From: an uncultured Alphaproteobacteria bacterium | GTDB lineage: Bacteria > Pseudomonadota > Alphaproteobacteria > Rhizobiales > Xanthobacteraceae | Assembly: GCA_963804405.1 (NCBI GenBank) | Contig: CAWDQG010000030.1 | Location: forward strand, 28,017-92,016 | DNA length: 64,000 nucleotides | Direction: 5' to 3' | Shown here: positions 58,356 to 64,000 of the stretch, piece after piece | Layout of the letters: each line of letters starts with the position of its first letter | Numbering within the stretch: the first letter of the stretch is position 1 | Position numbers and translations under genes: made by a program | Notes under the pieces: model-generated | What the model was told of the DNA's origin: nothing | Database searches by the model: none | Seen by the model: the letters and a program-made list of their open reading frames with translations, nothing else

Positions 58356-59498
58356 ATGAAGCTATTCCAGTGCCAGAATTGCGGTCAGCCGCTCTATTTC
58401 GAGAACACCCGGTGCGAAAGCTGCGGGCTGTCGCTCGGTTATTTGCCGGATCGCGAGACGATCAGCGCACTCAAGACGCACGAGACCGCAAACAATCCGG
58501 AGCAGAAGGCATGGCGGGCGCTCGCAGACAATGAGCGCTACCGGCTTTGCATCAATGCCGAATACGGCGTTTGCAACTGGCTTATCGCGGCTGCGTCGCC
58601 CGATTCGTATTGCGCGGCGTGCCGGCACAACCGCATGATTCCGGATTTGTCGTTGCCGGAGAATTTGAACAGATGGCGCGCGCTGGAAACGGCGAAACAC
58701 CGATTGTTCTATACGCTGTTTCAGCTCGGGCTGCCGGTCGAGACTCAAGCTGAAAGCCCGGCCGGATTGGCATTCGAATTTCTCGCCGACGTCGGACCGG
58801 CAACGCCATCAATTATGACCGGGCACGCTGACGGCGTGATCACGATCAATCTCGCGGAGGCGGACGATGCCGAGCGCGAGCGTCGTCGCCAACAAATGGG
58901 CGAGCTTTACCGCACCTTGCTCGGCAACTTCCGTCACGAGATCGGGCATTATTATTGGGATCGGCTGATCGCGAATACGCCGCAGCTCGAGGAATTCCGC
59001 CGCATCTTTGGCGACGAACGGCAGGACTACGCCGCGGCGCTACAGAATTATTATGCCAACGGCGCTCCCGCCGACTGGTCGGAGCACTTCATCTCGGCTT
59101 ACGCGAGCTCGCACCCTTGGGAGGACTTTGCTGAAACTTGGGCGCATTATTTTCATATGGTCGACACATTAGAAACCGCGCACGTCGCCGGTCTCGCCGT
59201 CAGTTCGAAGCTGCCGCAAAATCCGGGCACCCTGTTCGACTTCCATCCACGCGACACCGACATGAAGCGCTTGGTCGAGGCATGGCTCGCGCTCACATTC
59301 GCAGTCAATTCGGTCAATCGCAGCATGGGCCTGCACGATCTCTATCCGTTCGTGCTCGGGCCCCTGGCGGTGGCAAAATTGACATTTGTTCAGGAACGGA
59401 TTCGGGCAACGTCCCCACGAAAGCCTGAAACGCGGGGTAGCGGTGAGGCGGGCGCCAAGCGCGGACTGCTCCGCCGTTTGCGTTCTGAAACAATGTGA
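58356..59498 (+). CDS. Zinc-ribbon plus putative zinc metallopeptidase domain protein
   Basis: ORF 58260..59498 trimmed to ATG 58356. CQNCG...CESCG ribbon, a second Cys pair (CNW...CAACRHN), and HEIGHYYW (HExxH). Confidence 0.65.
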   Translation: MKLFQCQNCGQPLYFENTRCESCGLSLGYLPDRETISALKTHETANNPEQKAWRALADNERYRLCINAEYGVCNWLIAAASPDSYCAACRHNRMIPDLSLPENLNRWRALETAKHRLFYTLFQLGLPVETQAESPAGLAFEFLADVGPATPSIMTGHADGVITINLAEADDAERERRRQQMGELYRTLLGNFRHEIGHYYWDRLIANTPQLEEFRRIFGDERQDYAAALQNYYANGAPADWSEHFISAYASSHPWEDFAETWAHYFHMVDTLETAHVAGLAVSSKLPQNPGTLFDFHPRDTDMKRLVEAWLALTFAVNSVNRSMGLHDLYPFVLGPLAVAKLTFVQERIRATSPRKPETRGSGEAGAKRGLLRRLRSETM

Positions 59499-59657
59499 CT
59501 TTCTTGCAACTCGAATAATGCCGGTCGACAAACGGTTTGGGCAGTCAAGCGGTTTGACGCTTCCGGAATGACCAAAAACGTCCTTGAATTTTAACGGGTT
59601 TGCACCTTGTAATGCGGCTCGGATGGGTGCCGAAAGTATTTCCATGAGCAGATCTGA

Positions 59658-61052
59658 TTGGGGAGTCTGTCAGCCAGCCCCGTCACCGGTACGGTGTCGG
59701 GCGCGGCCGCTGGCACAGCCTCAGGCACGGTCTCAGGCACGGTCTCTTGGGTCACGGCGACGGCGATTGTCGTCGCCGACATGGTCGGCGTCGGCGTTTT
59801 TACCAGCCTCGGATTTCAGGTCACCGACATAACCTCCGGCTTCTCGTTGCTGCTTTTGTGGGTCGTCGGCGGCGTGGTCGCGATCTGCGGAGCCTTCTGC
59901 TATGCCGAGCTCGCCGGGATGTATCCACGCTCGAGCGGTGAATACAATTTCCTCCGCAATATCTATCATCCGGCTTTTGGCTTCGTCGCCGGCTGGCTGT
60001 CGGCGACTGTCGGCTTCGCCGCGCCGATTGCGCTCGCCGCCATGGCGTTCGGCGTCTACTTCAAGTCGATCATCCCCGGCGCGCCGCCGCTGCTGCTTGG
60101 CTTTTGCATCACTTGGCTTGCGGCCTTGGTGCATCTCGGCGGCGTCCGCTTTGGCGCCGCCTATCATAACGTCTGGACGGCGCTGAAGCTCGTCCTCATC
60201 GTTGTCTTCATCATCGCCGGCTTGGCGCTCGGCGACACGCAGCCGATTTCGTTCATGCCGAGTGCCGTCGACCTCACCATGATCGGCGGCGCGCCGTTCG
60301 CCATCAGCCTAGTTTTCGTGATGTATTCATATTCGGGCTGGAACGCGGCGACCTACATCGTCGGCGAATTGCGCGATCCGATCCGCAACGTGCCGCGCGC
60401 CTTGTTCGCCGGCACCGCGATCGTCATTGTGCTTTATGTTTCCCTCAACGCCGTGTTCCTGATCACCACGCCGATGCGGGAAATGGCCGGCCAACTCGAC
60501 GTCGCCATCGTCGCCGGCAAGCACATATTCGGCAATCTCGGCGGGCGCATCGTCGGCGCGCTGATTTGCCTTGGGCTGGTGTCATCGATCAGCGCCATGA
60601 CCTGGATCGGCCCGCGCGTGGCGATGACGATGGGCGAGGACTTGCCGCTGCTGCGCTTTTTCTCGCGCAAGTCGAAGCAGGACGCGCCGACCACCGCCAT
60701 TGTTTTTCAACTCCTGATGTCGAACCTTTTGCTATTGACCCAGAGCTTCGAGGCAGTGCTGGATTTCATCCAATTCAGCCTTACCTTCTGCTCGTTCTTC
60801 ACGGTGCTCGGCGTCATCAAGATGCGAATTACCCGCCCCAAGCTGGCGCGGCCCTTCCGCACCTGGGGGTACCCTGTGACGCCGATCATTTTTCTGAGCG
60901 TGACCCTGTTCATAATGTACTATCTTGTGGTCAATCGGCCGCTGCAGTCCCTGGCGGGCTTCGCCCTGATGTTGGCCGGTCTCGTCGTCTATTATGTGTC
61001 TCGCCCGCTCTCGAACGCTCCTTCCTCCGATGTCTCGCAAACGGTGGCCTAA
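59658..61052 (+). CDS. APC-superfamily amino acid permease
   Basis: 12-TM protein. ...FCYAELAGMYPRSSGEYNFL..., ...YSGWNAATYIVGELRDP.... The start is unresolved: TTG 59658 has no RBS, and ATG 59644 would need one extra t in gaTTgggg. Confidence 0.75.
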   Translation: MGSLSASPVTGTVSGAAAGTASGTVSGTVSWVTATAIVVADMVGVGVFTSLGFQVTDITSGFSLLLLWVVGGVVAICGAFCYAELAGMYPRSSGEYNFLRNIYHPAFGFVAGWLSATVGFAAPIALAAMAFGVYFKSIIPGAPPLLLGFCITWLAALVHLGGVRFGAAYHNVWTALKLVLIVVFIIAGLALGDTQPISFMPSAVDLTMIGGAPFAISLVFVMYSYSGWNAATYIVGELRDPIRNVPRALFAGTAIVIVLYVSLNAVFLITTPMREMAGQLDVAIVAGKHIFGNLGGRIVGALICLGLVSSISAMTWIGPRVAMTMGEDLPLLRFFSRKSKQDAPTTAIVFQLLMSNLLLLTQSFEAVLDFIQFSLTFCSFFTVLGVIKMRITRPKLARPFRTWGYPVTPIIFLSVTLFIMYYLVVNRPLQSLAGFALMLAGLVVYYVSRPLSNAPSSDVSQTVA

Positions 61053-61056
61053 AAAG

Positions 61057-62397
61057 ATGCCTATAACCATGCCTAGAATAGTGGCGGCCGCCGGTCTGGC
61101 GGTCATGCTGGCTGTCAGTGCGGCACCCGCCCGGAGCGCCGAAACAGCCACCGCCGACGACACCGCAAAATTCCTGGCCGGGCTGCCGCCGTCGGCCAAC
61201 TCGCCGCTCGCGCCGCTCACCAAGGATCCGGCTTGGCAGCAGCACGCCCGCTACCTTGATTCGATTTTTGCCCGCGAGGAGAGCGCCAAACTTTCGAAAG
61301 TTCGCGCCTTCTCCAAGGACAATCTGACCGAAAAGCACGACACGATGCTGTACATGTTCAGCGGTCCGGATTTCCTGTATGCGACCTCGTTTTTTCCCGG
61401 CGCTTCGACCTATGTTTTGGCCGGCCTCGAACCGACCGGCGATATTCCGCAATTGACCAATCTCAGCCGCGGGACGGTCTACGGATCGCTGCGCAATCTC
61501 GAAGTGTCGATGGGGTCGCTGCTCAGCTTAAGCTTCTTCATCACCAAGAACATGAGAGTGCAGTTGCACGAAGGCCCGGTGTTCGGAACGATCCCGGTGC
61601 TTTATGTGTTTCTAGCGCGGACCGGGAAGACCATTCACGAGGCGAGTTTGGTCTATCTCGACGCCGACGGCAATTTCCAGCAAGGCGATGACCCGCCGGC
61701 AACCGCCCCGACCAAGAGAGGTGGGCGCAGCGTCGTTGCGCGTAGCGCCGCTCCGGGGGTTAAGATCGTCTTCTCCGACGGCAGCGGCCCAAAACAAACG
61801 CTCTATTATTTCAGCACCAACCTCGCCGATGGCTCGATCGAGCGAAGCGGCTTTCTGGCATTCTGCGAAAAGCTGAGCCCGGCCGACAGCTTCATCAAAA
61901 GCGCGTCCTACCTCCTCCACTCGGGCGGCTTCAGCAAGGTGCGCAACATGCTGCTGGATCGCAGCGCCACGATCCTGCAGGACGACAGCGGCATTCCGCT
62001 GGCCTATTTCGATCGAAAGAAATGGCGGCTGCAGCCATTCGGCCATTATGTCGGGCCGCTCGGCATATTCGGGCATTCGTATCAGCCGGGAATGGCCGAG
62101 TTATTCCGCCATGCCACCCCGATCGATTTCGGCATCGGCTATCGGTGGCGCCACAACAAATTGAATCTGCTGCTCGCGCAAAAAGGCGCACCACAGACCA
62201 GCGACCAGGAATTAACGCCCGGTTCACCATCTGACCAATACCCTCAGGCAGACGAGTCTCAAGCACCCAAGAAGGCGCGAAAGGCGTCAGCTTCGCACCG
62301 CAGGCGCGCTGAGACTGATGCGACGGGCACGCTCGGCTGCCGCTACGGGGGTACTTTCCCGTTTTGTTCTGGGAGTCCCGCTCGGACCAGCCGCTGA
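61057..62397 (+). CDS. Exported conserved hypothetical protein
   Basis: ORF 60994..62397 trimmed to ATG 61057 (MPITMPRIVAAAGLAVMLAVSAAPARSA signal peptide). About 380-aa globular part, then a basic low-complexity tail. No family recognised. Confidence 0.55.
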   Translation: MPITMPRIVAAAGLAVMLAVSAAPARSAETATADDTAKFLAGLPPSANSPLAPLTKDPAWQQHARYLDSIFAREESAKLSKVRAFSKDNLTEKHDTMLYMFSGPDFLYATSFFPGASTYVLAGLEPTGDIPQLTNLSRGTVYGSLRNLEVSMGSLLSLSFFITKNMRVQLHEGPVFGTIPVLYVFLARTGKTIHEASLVYLDADGNFQQGDDPPATAPTKRGGRSVVARSAAPGVKIVFSDGSGPKQTLYYFSTNLADGSIERSGFLAFCEKLSPADSFIKSASYLLHSGGFSKVRNMLLDRSATILQDDSGIPLAYFDRKKWRLQPFGHYVGPLGIFGHSYQPGMAELFRHATPIDFGIGYRWRHNKLNLLLAQKGAPQTSDQELTPGSPSDQYPQADESQAPKKARKASASHRRRAETDATGTLGCRYGGTFPFCSGSPARTSR

Positions 62398-62455
62398 CCC
62401 CGTCAAAATGGCGACATAGTCGTACCCGACACTTTGTGTGTCGGGTGGGGGTACA

Positions 62456-64000
62456 GTGGCAAATACGGTCGGGGGACCAACGCCGCAGCAATTCCGCAGG
62501 CCGGCCGCAAAAGCGGCAGCGCCAGCGCGTGCGCGTCATTTCCATGGCAATCCGACAGTCGGTCGGCGGCTTGAACAAGCCACGGCGCGCGCCACACCAA
62601 CCCGCAGCCAATTCGAAGAGGTGCGCTCCCACCTGCGATCGGTGGAGCGGCGGCTCGAGCAAGCAAAGGTCGAGGCCGCCGCGCCGCGCCGCCATTTCGG
62701 CGCCGGCAGCGTTCTGCCCGCGGTCGCCAAAAAGCCAGCGACCCGCATCGAGCTGCTGCGGGAAAAGCTCGAGCATAATCTCCTTCGCATTTCCGCTGTC
62801 CTGTTCGTCGCCGGCGTGGTGGGCTGGTCTCTGCTGATCGTCAATCAATTCCGCTCGCCGGTCTCAGCCACTCAGTCCGGAGCGGCCGTCGCCAAGAGCG
62901 ATTCCCAATTCGGACAATCGGATCCGTCCAGCACGTCCTCCTATGCCCGCGTCGACGATCCGCGGGCGCCAAGCACATCGAACGCAAGCATCGCGGACGG
63001 GGAGTCGCCGGCGAGTATCGTCGCCCGCGAATGGAGCCGCCTGCAGACGCAGTCGGAACCGAAGATAGCTGAGCGGGCTCGCGTTCCGGTCAAGCCGGTG
63101 GCGAAGGAAGCGCCCAAGCCGGTGGCGAAAGAGGCGAGGCTCGCCCCGACCAAACCGCCGATCCGGCTGGCCTCACTCGAGGGCGCGGCGCCGGATGCCC
63201 CGGTCATTCCGTCGCGCATTCCGCCCAATGTCGGCGCGCTGACCAATCTTGTGGACTTCCAAACGGCGCCGTTCCCCTATCATGGCATGGTGCCCGGATC
63301 GGGCCGGCCGTTCCTCAATGCCGGCGACGAGAGCCGCCGCGGCCATACCAATTTCCGCGGTCATGCGCTTTGGGAGTCGCAAACTTTCAGCGATGACCGC
63401 GTGCTGCTGCATATTCCGCCCGGCTTCGACCCGCGACGCCCGGCGGTCATGGTGGTGTTCTTCCACGGCCACGGTGCCACCCTCGCGCGCGACGTACGCG
63501 ATCGCCAGCAGGTGCCGGCGCAGATCACCGCGGCCGGCGCCAATGCGGTATTGGTGGCACCGCAATTCGCCGTCGACGCGGCCAATTCGAGCGCCGGAAA
63601 ATTCTGGGAGATGAACGGCTTCAAGCGCTTCCTCGACGAAGCCGCGGTGAAGCTCGGCTATATGTACGGCGATCCGCGCAGCGCCTTGATATTTGCGAAG
63701 ATGCCGATCGTGATCGTGTCCTATAGCGGCGGCTTCGGTCCGACCCTGTCGGTGCTCGATCGCGGCGGCGTGCGTTCGCGCATCCGCGGCCTCGTGATGC
63801 TTGATTCGCTGTACGGCGGGATCGACAAGTTCGCCGACTGGATCGCTCAGAACCGATCCACGTTCTTTGTCAGCTCGTACACGCCGCACACCGCCCATCA
63901 CAATGCCTACCTTGAACAGCTGCTGAGAGAACGATCCGTGGCCTACGGCTCAGAGCTGCGCCGCAACCATCTCGACGGCATGGTGACATTCCTGCCCGCC
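62456..64000 (+). CDS. Membrane-anchored alpha/beta-hydrolase-like protein, 3' end beyond window (not in supplied ORF track)
   Basis: My own translation of the frame with codon starts = 2 mod 3 is open from TAG 62417-62419 to the window end. It has a TM helix ISAVLFVAGVVGWSLLIV and a Pro/Lys-rich linker with KPVAKEA x2. Then ...RVLLHIPPGFDPRRPAVMVVFFHGHG...IVIVSYSGGFGP...LVMLDSLYGG. There is no in-frame ATG, so GTG 62456 (after GGTGGGGG) or 62438 is assumed. Confidence 0.6.
   Translation, partial: MANTVGGPTPQQFRRPAAKAAAPARARHFHGNPTVGRRLEQATARATPTRSQFEEVRSHLRSVERRLEQAKVEAAAPRRHFGAGSVLPAVAKKPATRIELLREKLEHNLLRISAVLFVAGVVGWSLLIVNQFRSPVSATQSGAAVAKSDSQFGQSDPSSTSSYARVDDPRAPSTSNASIADGESPASIVAREWSRLQTQSEPKIAERARVPVKPVAKEAPKPVAKEARLAPTKPPIRLASLEGAAPDAPVIPSRIPPNVGALTNLVDFQTAPFPYHGMVPGSGRPFLNAGDESRRGHTNFRGHALWESQTFSDDRVLLHIPPGFDPRRPAVMVVFFHGHGATLARDVRDRQQVPAQITAAGANAVLVAPQFAVDAANSSAGKFWEMNGFKRFLDEAAVKLGYMYGDPRSALIFAKMPIVIVSYSGGFGPTLSVLDRGGVRSRIRGLVMLDSLYGGIDKFADWIAQNRSTFFVSSYTPHTAHHNAYLEQLLRERSVAYGSELRRNHLDGMVTFLPA

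Noticed and set aside
62364-62837. 157-aa + strand ORF listed in the track between the two exported-protein genes.
   Set aside because: It is out of frame with the long open frame that carries a TM helix and hydrolase-like domain, and its translation is Arg/Ser/Pro-rich. It is retained only as a possible source of the true ATG if another frame error exists.

Overview
GC-rich alphaproteobacterial chromosome segment. The taxonomy is inference: it rests on DUF1013/TrcR, homospermidine synthase, and two repeat families I associate with Bradyrhizobiaceae/Nitrobacteraceae-type genomes. I call about 58 protein-coding loci, 5 copies of a bipartite hairpin repeat, 1 unrelated palindromic REP-like element, one long structured leader (speF-like), and a few candidate promoters/operators. 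I saw no rRNA, tRNA, CRISPR array, transposase, integrase or phage gene. Layout: 0-11 kb holds oxidoreductase/aromatic-type catabolic genes (SDRs, allophanate hydrolase, extradiol dioxygenase, two-component flavin monooxygenase, NodD-like LysR). 11.9-16.7 kb holds an SDR plus a sugar ABC transporter. 16.8-22 kb holds SnoaL/VOC/DUF1857/cupin genes around a GntR regulator. These are followed by a ClC channel, MFS-otsB-GH15, REC-GGDEF, an iorAB-type molybdoenzyme, the odc-GNAT-hss polyamine operon, a TMEM175-like channel, dioxygenase/MetE-like/methyltransferase, TetR-FAH-cupin-acyl-CoA ligase, amidase-ALDH, a second GH15, an MDR dehydrogenase, an ASRT-family protein, otsA, a CPA2 antiporter, a Zn-ribbon metallopeptidase, an APC permease and two exported proteins. 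Main oddities: (1) at least 21 single-base frame breaks in 13 genes, nearly all +1 insertions and concentrated in the first 14 kb; this is probably consensus error but could be real decay. (2) The hairpin repeat family, whose ends donate stop codons or a C-terminal tail to neighbouring genes. (3) The speF-like leader upstream of odc. (4) A 12-nt AT-rich word at three promoters around the GntR gene. (5) An ASRT-family gene embedded in split trehalose genes. I did not find a convincing novel multi-gene system (defence, secretion, mobile), and I report that rather than force one.
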